A stretch of DNA of 64,000 nucleotides from Mycobacterium sp. (GCF_052144515.1 NZ_JBKQQD010000178.1:17762-81761); one strand, 5' to 3'; counted from the first letter of the stretch, positions 50,148-60,156 are shown. Notes: generated by a model not told the origin, from the letters alone. Numbers and translations: made by a program.

Positions 50148-51263
50148 TTCGGGCTTTGCCATCGACGTGCCATCTTTACGGATTGTCGTCAGCGCCCGAC
50201 GCGCCTCGATACGCCCGGCGGCCATGAATCCGGCCCAGTCGCGGGTGCTGAGGAATTGGCGGTAGAAACCGACGCCCCGTACGGTCTCGTAGGAAACCGG
50301 CTCGATCATGAAAACTTTCGACGCCGCGCGCAACCGGGCCAGGTTTTCGCGCGCAAGCTCCACTTGCTGGCAGGTGCGCACCTGACTCGCGACATACAGG
50401 ATGCTGGCGCGGCGATACTCCCAGCCGGTGGCGTCTTCGCCTTGGAATCCGGGGGGATAGAACCCGTTGATCGCCAGCGTGACGTCACAGGGCTGCTCGA
50501 TGTCGAGGAGCGGGTGGACCGGAAAGATGTCGACGATCCCGCCGTCGCACCAGTGAAACCCGCCGAGCTCGACGGGCTGGATGAACAGCGGCAACGCGAT
50601 GGCCATGTGGACGGCGCGCGCCACCGGAAGCTCCGGATGCGTTCGGGGACCAATGAATTCAACCCGATTCTGCTCGACGTTCCATATCGGCGCGTACGCC
50701 GGAATGGGCATGTCGCCCAGTGTCATGTCGCCGAGTAGACGTCGGTACGTGTCCTCGATCGCATCGCCAGCAATGATGCCGGCAAACCCTCGCCCGGCCG
50801 TCAGCGCCAGCCGGAGCAGCCGGCCCCAGTCCAAGTCGACGTAGTCCTGCGGGAGCAGCCCCAGGGTGAAAGCCGCCACCTTCTCGGCGCTGATCCCAGC
50901 CGCCAGGGGAAACCCGAACAATGCCGAGCCCGAGCACAGGGAAATGACCGACGGATGCAGGCCGGCTTCTTCCAGAGCACGCGCGGCGCCCACCAGTGAG
51001 GCCATCGCGCCGCTTCCGCCTGTCGCCGCCAGGGCGATCCGCTGACCGTCGGTCACAGTGGTGGCGTACCGCTCGGCTGGGGGGAACGGTTGCCGATTCT
51101 GGGCACCGGCGCCACCGGACGGCAGGCGCAGCACCGCCCGGGCGGCGTCCGTCAAAAGTCCGGTGTCCTGTTGCAATCCCTGCACCAACTCCCGCGTGCG
51201 GGTTATTGCGTCGAAGTACTGGCGGAGGCGGAAAACGTCGAGCAGCGGGCCTAGCATGGTCAC
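50130..51263 (-). CDS. Patatin-like phospholipase
   Basis: ALAATGGSG glycine loop, LCSGS nucleophile elbow variant, WCDGG. Confidence 0.8.
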   Translation of the reverse strand: MTMLGPLLDVFRLRQYFDAITRTRELVQGLQQDTGLLTDAARAVLRLPSGGAGAQNRQPFPPAERYATTVTDGQRIALAATGGSGAMASLVGAARALEEAGLHPSVISLCSGSALFGFPLAAGISAEKVAAFTLGLLPQDYVDLDWGRLLRLALTAGRGFAGIIAGDAIEDTYRRLLGDMTLGDMPIPAYAPIWNVEQNRVEFIGPRTHPELPVARAVHMAIALPLFIQPVELGGFHWCDGGIVDIFPVHPLLDIEQPCDVTLAINGFYPPGFQGEDATGWEYRRASILYVASQVRTCQQVELARENLARLRAASKVFMIEPVSYETVRGVGFYRQFLSTRDWAGFMAAGRIEARRALTTIRKDGTSMAKPELARER

Positions 51264-51525
51264 TCACTATGCACCCGTTGCGGATCGCAACACAGAGTCC
51301 TCAGTCACCAATGCAGTGGTCCATCGGCCTGCCCGGCTCCTAACGCGGTGCAGGTCGGTATCAAGACGATCACAGCTGCATACCGATGCGGTCGGCAAGC
51401 TGGCATTACGGGACGTATGCACAAATCATGGCACAGTGCGCAATGGGGGATCAATGTCGCGAACTCTGCGCAATCGGCTATGTGATAGCGGATTTCGGTA
51501 GGGCTCAACGGGAGGTATCCACAGC

Positions 51526-51792
51526 ATGATGGGGAACTGCGGCCCGAACTCTGGGCGCATTCTCGACACCGCGCGCGGCATTCTCATCGGACTTCGCCGG
51601 TGCCGTTCAGACGCGGCTTTCGATGAATTGCACAGCGCGGCACAACGGTACAAGGTGCCAGTGTTTGCGATGGCGTGGGCGCTGGTGCATCTGGCAGGTG
51701 ACGGCGAGCAGACACCCAGCTTCACCGATGCGCAGTCAGCGGCCCGACACGAGTGGGGTCCGTTGTTCGCAACGTCCGCTGCGGCGACCTGA
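51526..51792 (+). CDS. ANTAR domain protein (Rv1772-like)
   Basis: ILDTARGILIGLRRCRSDAAFDELHSAAQR. Confidence 0.8.
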   Translation: MMGNCGPNSGRILDTARGILIGLRRCRSDAAFDELHSAAQRYKVPVFAMAWALVHLAGDGEQTPSFTDAQSAARHEWGPLFATSAAAT

Positions 51793-51826
51793 GCCGAAAG
51801 GCTTTCTGGCGTGGCGTTTTCCCGTT

Positions 51827-52450
51827 CTAGCTGGTAGCCGGCGAGCACCAGAGATCGACGGGGACTATCTCCCGGGCGTGTCCGTCCGGTCCCAATAGCC
51901 GCCCCCAGGATTTGACGGAGCGCAGCACCACACGCGTGTCCAGCCACCGCCACACCGGGGTATTCGGCCAGCAGCCGATGAATCACCGCGTCAAGGGCAG
52001 ACAGCTTGTGCAGCTGCATGGTGACGAAAAGGTTGGCCGCACCGCTGCCCACGGTCGCGACACAGAACCGGGTCTCGGGGTACTGGACCAGTGTGTGTCC
52101 CAGCGCTTCTACCGGCGATCCCCTGCCCCGCAGTTTGATTGCCACGCCCGTCAGCCAGCCGGCTCCCACACGTGCGAAATCGGTTCGGAAAGCCAGCAAC
52201 CCGGAGCGGGTCAACAGACCCAAGCGGCGACGCACCACCGGCTCCGATTGACCGACCGCCGCGGCCAGATCCCGGCAGCTGAGCCGTCCGTCGTGCTGCA
52301 GCGCCAGGAACAATTCGCGGTCGAACTCGTCGAACTCGTGTACTTGGGTTCCTTCGGCAATTGTGGCCGGCTCGGGCGCCACCGCGCGCACCTGGCCAGA
52401 GCTGAGACCGCCCAACCGCCAGCGGGTTCCGCTGAACCGGGTCCTTAGGC
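51827..52450 (-). pseudogene. Tandem Lrp/AsnC regulator remnant
   Basis: WRLGGLS linker, DEFDRELFLALQHDGRLS HTH; frameshift near 51945 hides VLRSVKSWGRLL; N-terminal half absent. Confidence 0.75.
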
Positions 52451-52627
52451 GTTGGGCATGAGCACACAGCCGGCGCCGCCTCAGACCCTAACCGGCAAAA
52501 TCCCTGTGGGACAGGCGGATCCGGCCGTCGCCGAGCCATCGCACCCCCGGCCTGCTCGTGTCGGGTGCCGATAGGGCACACTTTCTGCTCGGACGTGTAG
52601 GCATCACCGCGAGTTAGGTTGGGCCGA

Positions 52628-53821
52628 TTGAAAGTTGTGCTGGCAAGCTATGGAAGTCGCGGCGACGTCGAGCCCTGCGCCGCCGTGGGTCGGGAGCTGC
52701 TGCGCCGCGGCCACGACGTGTGCATGGCAGTCCCGCCCGACATGCTCGGCTTCGTCGAGTCCGCGGGACTTGCCGCAGTCAGCTACGGGCCCGACTCGCG
52801 GGAGCAGATGAACCCGGCCGCCGATTTCGTTCGCGACTTTTCGACGAAGATCCGGAATCCGATCAGCATGTTTTCCGAAGTTGTCGAGCGTGTCAGCCGG
52901 GTCAAGACAGCGAAGACCACGACGCTGAAATCCTTGGCGGAAGGGGCCGACCTGCTCGTGGCGGGTTTCAACGAGCGGGGGCTGGCCACCAACATCGCGG
53001 AGTACTACGGCATTCCGCTGGCCGTCGTGCACTTCTTCCCTGAGCGCGTTTGGTCGTCTGAGGGGCTGTATGCGTCGGTAGCCAAGGACACCGACGACGC
53101 TCAACGCAGAGCGCTGGGTTTGTCGGAGCCGCCTGGACCGTCCGCTCTACCGGTGCTGGAGATCCAGGCCTACGACGAGCTCTGCTTGCCCGGCGTGGTG
53201 GCCGAATGGGTGGAACCGGATGCCCGGCAACCCTTGGTCGGCGCACTCACGCTGGAGCTGCCCACCGATGCCGACGACGAGGTCTTGTCGTGGATTGCGG
53301 CGGGAACGCCGCCGATCTACTTCGGTTTTGGCAGCACACCGGTCCTACCTTTCGCTGATACGGTCGCGATGATCAGCGCGGCCTGCACGCAGTTGGGCGA
53401 GCGGGCGTTGATTTGCAGCGGCCCGAATGACTCCGCCCCCATTCCGGATCTCGACCACGTGAGAATTGTGAGCGCGGTCAACCACGCGGCCATCTTTCCG
53501 GTGTGCCGCGCGGTCGTCCACCACGGCGGCGCGGGCACCACAGCCGCAGCTCTGCGGGCCGGAACTCCCACGCTGATTCTCTGGCTCTGGCTTGATCAGC
53601 CGGTCTGGGCAGCCGGGGTCAAAGAGCTGAAAGTCGGTGCTTCGCAGCAGTTCTCGGCGACCAACCAGCAATCACTGGTCGCCGACCTGCGCTCCATCCT
53701 CACTCCGCAATGCGCCGCCCGCGCCGGTGAGGTCGCCGCCCAGATGACGACACCCGCCGAAAGCGTTGCCAGCGCCGCCGATCTCCTGGAAGAGGCCGCG
53801 CGCCTCGGGAGCTCTGGCTAG
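52628..53821 (+). CDS. GT1 glycosyltransferase (mycobacterial Gtf/Rv1524-like)
   Basis: VLASYGSRGDVEP, PIYFGFGS, HHGGAGTTAA, DQPVW. Confidence 0.88.
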   Translation: MKVVLASYGSRGDVEPCAAVGRELLRRGHDVCMAVPPDMLGFVESAGLAAVSYGPDSREQMNPAADFVRDFSTKIRNPISMFSEVVERVSRVKTAKTTTLKSLAEGADLLVAGFNERGLATNIAEYYGIPLAVVHFFPERVWSSEGLYASVAKDTDDAQRRALGLSEPPGPSALPVLEIQAYDELCLPGVVAEWVEPDARQPLVGALTLELPTDADDEVLSWIAAGTPPIYFGFGSTPVLPFADTVAMISAACTQLGERALICSGPNDSAPIPDLDHVRIVSAVNHAAIFPVCRAVVHHGGAGTTAAALRAGTPTLILWLWLDQPVWAAGVKELKVGASQQFSATNQQSLVADLRSILTPQCAARAGEVAAQMTTPAESVASAADLLEEAARLGSSG

Positions 53822-53854
53822 TCCGGCGCCGCCGTTCCGCCAACGGCTGAGTGG

Positions 53855-54601
53855 TCACCTCGTCCAGGCAGGCGACTCGGTTGCCGCACGCAATGCCGAG
53901 ACGATGCGCTGCTCTTTTTCGAGGAAGCGCTCGGTGGGCGCCGGCACCGAAATGGCGATCACGTTGTCGTCCAAGGCACGTCGCGCGATGGCGGCCGCGG
54001 AGATCCCAGGGGTGTGTTCGTCGCGGTCGAATGCGATTCCGGTGCGCCGGATCTCGGCGATATCGCGACGCAACCCGTCGGCGACCTCGGGGCCGAACCG
54101 GGTGAGCGCCGCCTGGGCTTCCGCGTCGTCAAGGACCGCAAGTGCCGCCTTTCCGTTGGCGGTCCCGTTCAACGGGAAGCGGAGGCCGATCGCTGAAACC
54201 GCCCGCAGGCGATGCGACGATTCGATCTGATCGATGAACCACATTCGCTGGCCCCGCAGTATCGACAGGTCTACCGTCTCGCCGTCGGTCGCGCGCGCGA
54301 CCCGCTCGATCGTTGGCCGGAAGATGGCGGCGCTGCGCGCTCCGGCGTCGCCGCCGAATCCCAGCAGGCGCTCGCCGAGTGAGAAATGGCCCTGCGAATC
54401 GACGCTGGCCAGCCCGACCTCAACCAGGCCGACCAGCAGGCGACGAGCCGTCGACTTGGCCAGCCCGAGCCGCTCACCGAGGTCCACCAGACGCAGCTGT
54501 CCGGGCTCGGCGGCGATCTCATCGAGCGCCGCTGCGGCACGACGCAGCACCTGGATTCCTTCATCTCGATTTGTCTGCGCGTTTCGTTCCATCCGGGGCA
54601 C
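53855..54601 (-). CDS. IclR family regulator (Rv1773c-like)
   Basis: IQVLRRA, LGLAKSTARRLL, TANGKA, DRDEHTPGISA; likely leaderless GTG start. Confidence 0.9.
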   Translation of the reverse strand: MPRMERNAQTNRDEGIQVLRRAAAALDEIAAEPGQLRLVDLGERLGLAKSTARRLLVGLVEVGLASVDSQGHFSLGERLLGFGGDAGARSAAIFRPTIERVARATDGETVDLSILRGQRMWFIDQIESSHRLRAVSAIGLRFPLNGTANGKAALAVLDDAEAQAALTRFGPEVADGLRRDIAEIRRTGIAFDRDEHTPGISAAAIARRALDDNVIAISVPAPTERFLEKEQRIVSALRAATESPAWTR

Positions 54602-54617
54602 AATCCCACTATAGTGT

Positions 54618-54630
54618 TCCGCATTGCGGA
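54618..54630. promoter_or_regulatory. IclR-type operator TCCGCA-T-TGCGGA
   Basis: Perfect palindrome in the 68-bp divergent intergenic region. Confidence 0.7.
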
Positions 54631-54669
54631 CTACAAAGAACCGTAATGTGGATTTCAAGGAAGTTTCAG

Positions 54670-56010
54670 ATGAGCGCTCTACCGGCAGGGCGGCACTTTT
54701 TCCGCAGTGATGACGGGTACGAAGCGGCCCGACGCGGCACGGTGTGGCATCAACGAGTGCCTGAACGCTATCCCGAGGTGATCGTGCAGGCCGCCGATGC
54801 CAACGACGTCATCGCCGGTCTCCGCTATGCCAAGGCCAACGGGCATAAGGTCAGCATCGTTTCGGGTGGCCATAGCTTCGCGGCCAGCCATCTGCGCGAC
54901 GGCGCGGTGCTGCTCGATGTCAGCCGCCTGGATCACGCGACGATCGACGCCGAGAAGGGCCTCGCCGTCGCCGGTCCGGGCAAGGGCGGCAGCCTGCTCA
55001 TGGCCGACCTGCAGGAGCAGGGCCTGTTTTTTCCGGGCGGCCACTGCAAGGGCGTCTGTCTCGGCGGTTATCTGTTGCAAGGCGGATACGGCTGGAACAG
55101 CCGGATCTACGGCCCGGCATGCGAAAGTGTCATCGGGGTCGACGTGATCACCGCCGAGGGTGAGCAGGTCCACTGCGACGAGGACAATCACCCCGACCTG
55201 TATTGGGCTGCCCGGGGCGCCGGCCCGGGCTTTTTCGGTGTCGTCACGTCGTATTACCTGAAGCTGTATCCGCGGCCCGGCGCGTGTGGCACCAGCGTGT
55301 ACCTGTACCCGTTCGATCTGGCCGACGAAGTCTTTACCTGGGCCCGCGCGGTTAGCGCCGAGGTCGACCCTCGGGTCGAGCTACAGGCCGTCGCCTCACG
55401 CGGTGAACCGAACATGGGCATCGACCAACCTGTCATCTCGTTTGCGTCGCCCGCGTTCGCCGACTCGGAGGCAGAGGCCGAAAAGGCCCTCGCCCTGTTC
55501 GGCACCTGTCCGGTCGCCGACAAGGCGATAGTCAAAGTTCCCTATATGCCAACCGATTTACCCACTTGGTATGAAGTCGCGATGAGCCATTACCTGTCCG
55601 ACCATTACTACGCGGTGGACAACATGTGGACGTCGGCGCCGGCCGAAGACCTGCTGCCGGGCATCCGGACCATCCTCGACACCTTGCCCCCGCATCCGGC
55701 GCACTTCCTCTGGCTGAACTGGGGCCCTGTCCCGCCCCGCCAGGACATGGCTTACAGCATCGAGGCCGACATCTACCTGGCGCTCTACGGCTCTTGGAAT
55801 GATGCGGCCGACGAACCGAAGTACGCCGACTGGGCGCGGTCCAACATGGAGGCGATGTCCCACCTGGCCGTTGGCATTCAGCTTGCCGACGAAAACCTCG
55901 GCCAGCGTCCCGCGCGATTCGCCAGCGACGCAGCCATGGCCGAGCTCGACCGGGTGCGCGCCGACTACGACCCCGACGGGCTGTTCAACAGTTGGATGGG
56001 ACGAATCTGA
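54670..56010 (+). CDS. FAD-binding (BBE/VAO-type) oxidoreductase (Rv1774-like)
   Basis: SGGHS, GGHCKGVCLGG, WAARGAG, YDPDGLF. Confidence 0.88.
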   Translation: MSALPAGRHFFRSDDGYEAARRGTVWHQRVPERYPEVIVQAADANDVIAGLRYAKANGHKVSIVSGGHSFAASHLRDGAVLLDVSRLDHATIDAEKGLAVAGPGKGGSLLMADLQEQGLFFPGGHCKGVCLGGYLLQGGYGWNSRIYGPACESVIGVDVITAEGEQVHCDEDNHPDLYWAARGAGPGFFGVVTSYYLKLYPRPGACGTSVYLYPFDLADEVFTWARAVSAEVDPRVELQAVASRGEPNMGIDQPVISFASPAFADSEAEAEKALALFGTCPVADKAIVKVPYMPTDLPTWYEVAMSHYLSDHYYAVDNMWTSAPAEDLLPGIRTILDTLPPHPAHFLWLNWGPVPPRQDMAYSIEADIYLALYGSWNDAADEPKYADWARSNMEAMSHLAVGIQLADENLGQRPARFASDAAMAELDRVRADYDPDGLFNSWMGRI

Positions 56011-56819
56011 TGACCAGCGACCTTTACCTCGGCTACCGCAACGATGACGCGAATACTCCGTTCGGGAAGTTCTTCAAACCCGAAATGGCTCCGCTTCCAA
56101 AGCATGTCGTCGAGGCGCTGCAGCACGGGCCGCAAGGCGGCATGGCACTGTCGGCGTTCGACGACGCCGCCCGCGTCGCCGACGAGGGCTATCAGCAGAC
56201 CGAGAACGGCTACGGGATTCTCGAAGACGGCAGCTATCAGGTATCCGTGCGCACCGACATGCCCGGGGTCACCCCCGCGATGTGGTCGTGGTGGTTCGGC
56301 TGGCACGGGTGCGACACCCGCCGCTACACGCTGTGGCATCCGCGAGCGCACCTGTCCGCTGCCTGGAAAGACGGAGACGATACCGGCCGGCAGGGCGATG
56401 ACCGTTACATCGGCCGCTGGTCACTGATCAGCGAGTACATCGGCTCATCGATGCTCAACGGCGCAATCCAATTCGTCGCACCGGCGGAGATGGGTTGTCC
56501 ACCCAACAGCGATGACGCGGTCGCGATCTGCGCGCGACTGGGCGCCGGTGACGCCCCGGTGGACGTCGGATGGTTCATCCATCACATCAGGTCGACGCAC
56601 AGCGGAGCCGAGATGCGTTCACGGTTCTGGATGGGCGGACCGCACATCGCCGTGCGCAAGGCCCCGGGCGTGGCCTCCCGGGCGGTGCGTCCGATCGCGG
56701 CGCGGATACTCGGCAATCCGGAATCCAGCGGTCGCAATCTGCTGGTGCACTGTGCGCAGGAGATGAATCACTTGGCGGGCTTCCTGCCGGAACTCTACGA
56801 CGCCTTCGGCAACGAGTAG
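56010..56819 (+). CDS. DAPG hydrolase (PhlG)-like protein (Rv1775-like)
   Basis: MPGVTPAMWSWWFGWH, RY.LWHP.AH, EYIG, EMRSRFW, HCAQEMNHLA. Confidence 0.78.
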   Translation: MTSDLYLGYRNDDANTPFGKFFKPEMAPLPKHVVEALQHGPQGGMALSAFDDAARVADEGYQQTENGYGILEDGSYQVSVRTDMPGVTPAMWSWWFGWHGCDTRRYTLWHPRAHLSAAWKDGDDTGRQGDDRYIGRWSLISEYIGSSMLNGAIQFVAPAEMGCPPNSDDAVAICARLGAGDAPVDVGWFIHHIRSTHSGAEMRSRFWMGGPHIAVRKAPGVASRAVRPIAARILGNPESSGRNLLVHCAQEMNHLAGFLPELYDAFGNE

Positions 56820-56928
56820 CGGCACCCGGCGCCGGGCTCAGCCCGGGTTGGTGAATGCGGCGCGAAAGTGGTTGGCGGGCTCGGTACCACGACTATCGCT
56901 GCAGCTCGCGCAGCGTCCGTCCGCCGAG

Positions 56929-57372
56929 TTACCCGGGTGGCGCCGACACGTGGCCGATCACCATGAACGGCTCGACCGTGGTGGCCATCTCGAATCCTTC
57001 GACCTCGACTCGCCACTCGTAGACTCCGGGCTCCAGCGGTATTCCGGGCGGGATGTTCAGAGTCAGCGGCATGCGCACCGAAGTGCCGTGGATTGCCCCG
57101 GGGGGCCGGCCCGCCTCGGCAGCCGCTTCGAACAGGATCCGCTGAGGCCCCTGCGGCCCCTGCACCGTCACGGGATCGCCGTCGGTGGTCAATAATTGGC
57201 ATTTCAGCTGGTGCCGTTTATTGGTCTCATCCCAGTCGATGTCGAGAAACAGTACCAACGCGATGGCGGGCGTAGGCGTCTGGCACTGTCTCCAACCCAG
57301 ACCGAGCGCATTGACCTTTCCGGATTGGGCATCGGCCTGTGCTGCGTCGGCGAGGAGCAGGCTGATCTTCAT
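56929..57372 (-). CDS. Conserved hypothetical protein (Rv1778c-like)
   Basis: LLADAAQAD..GKVNALG.GW, PGVYEWRVEV. Confidence 0.75.
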   Translation of the reverse strand: MKISLLLADAAQADAQSGKVNALGLGWRQCQTPTPAIALVLFLDIDWDETNKRHQLKCQLLTTDGDPVTVQGPQGPQRILFEAAAEAGRPPGAIHGTSVRMPLTLNIPPGIPLEPGVYEWRVEVEGFEMATTVEPFMVIGHVSAPPG

Positions 57373-57530
57373 ATGCCCGCCGGCGCTACGATCGAACTTC
57401 CGGATATCACCGCGAGATCCCGCCCTGTCATTGCTACCGTCGCGGATCCGCGGGATCCACGAGATCGTTCCGTGGGCCGGATAATACGCTCCGAGCGGGC
57501 GGAAACGTCAGGGGCCCATCATGCCAATAG

Positions 57531-59378
57531 CTAGTCTGCGGGCGGTAATTGGCGCGGGCCCTCGGGTGAACGCAGTTCGTGTGGCCCATCTCGCCCTGCG
57601 AGCTCGCGATTACCCGGGCGCTCGGCCGGCCCCAGGGACAGACCCGCCACGTCTTTGCGGGGTGCTCCCTCCAACGGCGCCGGGTCGTAGCGCTGGTCGT
57701 CGGGACCCTGGTAGGGCTGGTAGGGCCAGTCGCGCTCGCCCCGCGACGACTCGATGCGGCTGGTGCCGGCCGGCGCTTCGGCGGCTTCGGCTGCGGTCAG
57801 CGGTTGTATGTCGGAGCTCTCGGTGTCGACGGTGATCTTGCGGGTGCGCTTGAACGAGAACGCGATCTCCTCGACGTCTTCGAAGACCTGACGAGCCGTA
57901 CGTAGGGGCTGGGTCAGGGGCTGAGTCGTGTTGTCGATCACGCGCGCGACGAGCGGCGGCACCAACGGACGAATCCAGCGAGCCGCGGCCTTCCCGAGGT
58001 GCGCCGTGGCGTCCGGAATCGACGGGATCGACGGGGTGCCGCGCTCAGTGTGCGGCTCAACTTCGCGGTTTGGCTCGATGTGTGCCGGCAAGTTCTCCGG
58101 GGTCACCTGGTGTTGCTCTGGTGAAGCCGGCAATTCGGCGGCTGCCCGGCTGGCTGCCTCCGCTTCGGCGGCGATCGGTAGGTACATGTCTTCCCCCACA
58201 GGCTCGAAGGTACGCGCTGACGCGGTCTGGACTGGGTAATCGCCTGGCCCTTCCAGGGCTTCAACGACTCGACGGCGCTGCTGTTCGCGGTCGATTTCAG
58301 CCTGGGCCTCGATGGCGAGCCGGGCCTGGGTGAGTCGATGCTCAGCCCACATGATTTCGGCCTCGCGGCGTACCTCGGCGCGTTTGATCGCGATCGCGGT
58401 GTCGGCCTCGAGGTCGGCGCGTTCGCGGTCCGCGCGTGCGGTCGTGTGGCGATCATGGGTCGTCTCGCCGCGCCACTGCCGCAGAATCAGCGGCAGCAGG
58501 TAAAGCAGTGCGAAGAACGCAATCGTCAGCAGCCGCAGAACCAACGTCCCGGCGCTGGCGGAGGTGAGCTCATTCATGGCCACCCAGCGTGCGCCCAGAC
58601 CCCGACCAGCGTCTGCGACCACGCTTTGGCGTGCCGCGGCCAGCGCCTGCTCGTCGCGCGCAACCTCGGCGTCGAGTTCGGGTGCCTGACGATCGCGGAC
58701 CGCCAGGGCATTGTCCAGCTCGTGCTGCGCGTCGGCGAGAAGCTCGTTCGCCGTTCGTGTTTCGGGTCCGGCACCGGGCACGCCGGTGATTCGGGTCTGG
58801 GGGCAGGCCGGCGTGGGGTTGTATTCGCAGCGCGCGACGTCCAACGCCTTGGCCTGGTTCTCGCGGGCCTGTTGGACCGCATCGTCGAGGGCAAGGCGTG
58901 CCGCCTGCGATTGCCGCAGCGATGCCGACACTTTGGCAACGACTGGCGCCGAATCGGCGGTGGAAAAGGCCCGTTGGTCGAGACGATGCTCGATCGAGCC
59001 GGAAAACAGGACGAGCGCGGCGAGCTCGCCGACGACAACACCGACCGCGACCGCGACCGCCGCGCGGCCCACCGTGCCCGGCCAGCCCCGGCGCGGCCCG
59101 CCGGCGGTGCCGCGGGTCACCGCACCGACCAGCAGACCGAAGACGAGGGTGAGCGCGACGATGGCGGGCATCGGCAAGGGTGCCGATTCGCTGATAGCCA
59201 AGCTGGCGACCAGCCACGCCAGCGCGGCTCCGAACACCACGACAGCGCCTGTGACGGCATGGTTGGAGCGCTCGTGACGTTCACCGAGTTCGCGCCAATG
59301 CCCGCCGCCAAGCCAGGTCAGCAGCCCCTCGATCCGGGATGCGACCGAGCGCGGCTCGGTCAATTCGTGGGCACACAT
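57531..59378 (-). CDS. DUF4407 membrane/coiled-coil protein (Rv1779c-like)
   Basis: Three N-terminal TM segments, coiled coil with ARCE...TGVPGAGP, fourth TM segment. Confidence 0.8.
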   Translation of the reverse strand: MCAHELTEPRSVASRIEGLLTWLGGGHWRELGERHERSNHAVTGAVVVFGAALAWLVASLAISESAPLPMPAIVALTLVFGLLVGAVTRGTAGGPRRGWPGTVGRAAVAVAVGVVVGELAALVLFSGSIEHRLDQRAFSTADSAPVVAKVSASLRQSQAARLALDDAVQQARENQAKALDVARCEYNPTPACPQTRITGVPGAGPETRTANELLADAQHELDNALAVRDRQAPELDAEVARDEQALAAARQSVVADAGRGLGARWVAMNELTSASAGTLVLRLLTIAFFALLYLLPLILRQWRGETTHDRHTTARADRERADLEADTAIAIKRAEVRREAEIMWAEHRLTQARLAIEAQAEIDREQQRRRVVEALEGPGDYPVQTASARTFEPVGEDMYLPIAAEAEAASRAAAELPASPEQHQVTPENLPAHIEPNREVEPHTERGTPSIPSIPDATAHLGKAAARWIRPLVPPLVARVIDNTTQPLTQPLRTARQVFEDVEEIAFSFKRTRKITVDTESSDIQPLTAAEAAEAPAGTSRIESSRGERDWPYQPYQGPDDQRYDPAPLEGAPRKDVAGLSLGPAERPGNRELAGRDGPHELRSPEGPRQLPPAD

Positions 59379-59586
59379 GAAATTGCAAACCTCCCAATGC
59401 TCCAGCCTGGCAGGCCGCCACGCGACACACCGAATCCAAGCGGCCGCTTGTGGTGCTCCTCACAGCCAGCGATGACTGGGGCTGAAGCCACGCCGGCGCA
59501 CATCCGACCCGCAATTCACGCGACGCGAGCAGGACGCGAGCAGATCAGCGGCGGTTCTGACAGGCGGCGTGAGACGGTATAAGCCT

Positions 59587-60150
59587 ATGGAAAACCACGA
59601 CTACGTCACCTACGAAGAGTTCGGACGCAAATTCTTCGAGGTGGCCGTCACCCCGGAACGCGTTGCCGCCGCGCTCGCCGAAATCGCTGGTAGCGAGTTC
59701 GCGATGGAGCCGATTGCTCAGGGGCCCGGGAAGATCGCCAAAGTCAGCGCCAATGTTAAGATCAAAGACCCTCGGGTCACGCGGAGCCTCGGTGATCTCA
59801 TCACGTTCGTCATCCACATTCCCCTTGCGATCGATCTGCTCCTCGATCTGCGGCTCGACAAACAGCGGTTCGCGGTCACCGGAGACATCGCGCTGCGCGC
59901 CACCGCACGCGCCGCCGAGCCGTTGGTTTTGATCGTCGACGTCGCCAAACCGCGGCCTTCGGATATCACCGTCAACGTGTCGTCCTCCTCTATTCGCGGT
60001 GAGGTGGTGCGCATCATCGGAGGGGTTGACGGTGAGATCCGGCGATTCATCGCCCAGTACGTCGCGGACGAAATCGACGCTCCTCAGTCCCAAGCCGCGC
60101 AGGTCATCGACGTCGCCGAATCGTTGGACTCGTTCTGGACCGGTTCCTGA
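59587..60150 (+). CDS. Conserved hypothetical protein (Rv1780-like)
   Basis: MENHDYVTYEEFGRKFFEVAVT; position between DUF4407 and malQ. Confidence 0.78.
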   Translation: MENHDYVTYEEFGRKFFEVAVTPERVAAALAEIAGSEFAMEPIAQGPGKIAKVSANVKIKDPRVTRSLGDLITFVIHIPLAIDLLLDLRLDKQRFAVTGDIALRATARAAEPLVLIVDVAKPRPSDITVNVSSSSIRGEVVRIIGGVDGEIRRFIAQYVADEIDAPQSQAAQVIDVAESLDSFWTGS

Positions 60151-60156
60151 GCCCGG

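Noticed and set aside
51491-51518. SigF promoter before the ANTAR gene (ATTT-N17-AGGTAT)
   Set aside because: Mismatches in both elements; too weak to call
56826-56848. GC hairpins as a terminator after the PhlG-like gene
   Set aside because: Loops are too small and there is no U-tract; such hairpins are common by chance at this GC content
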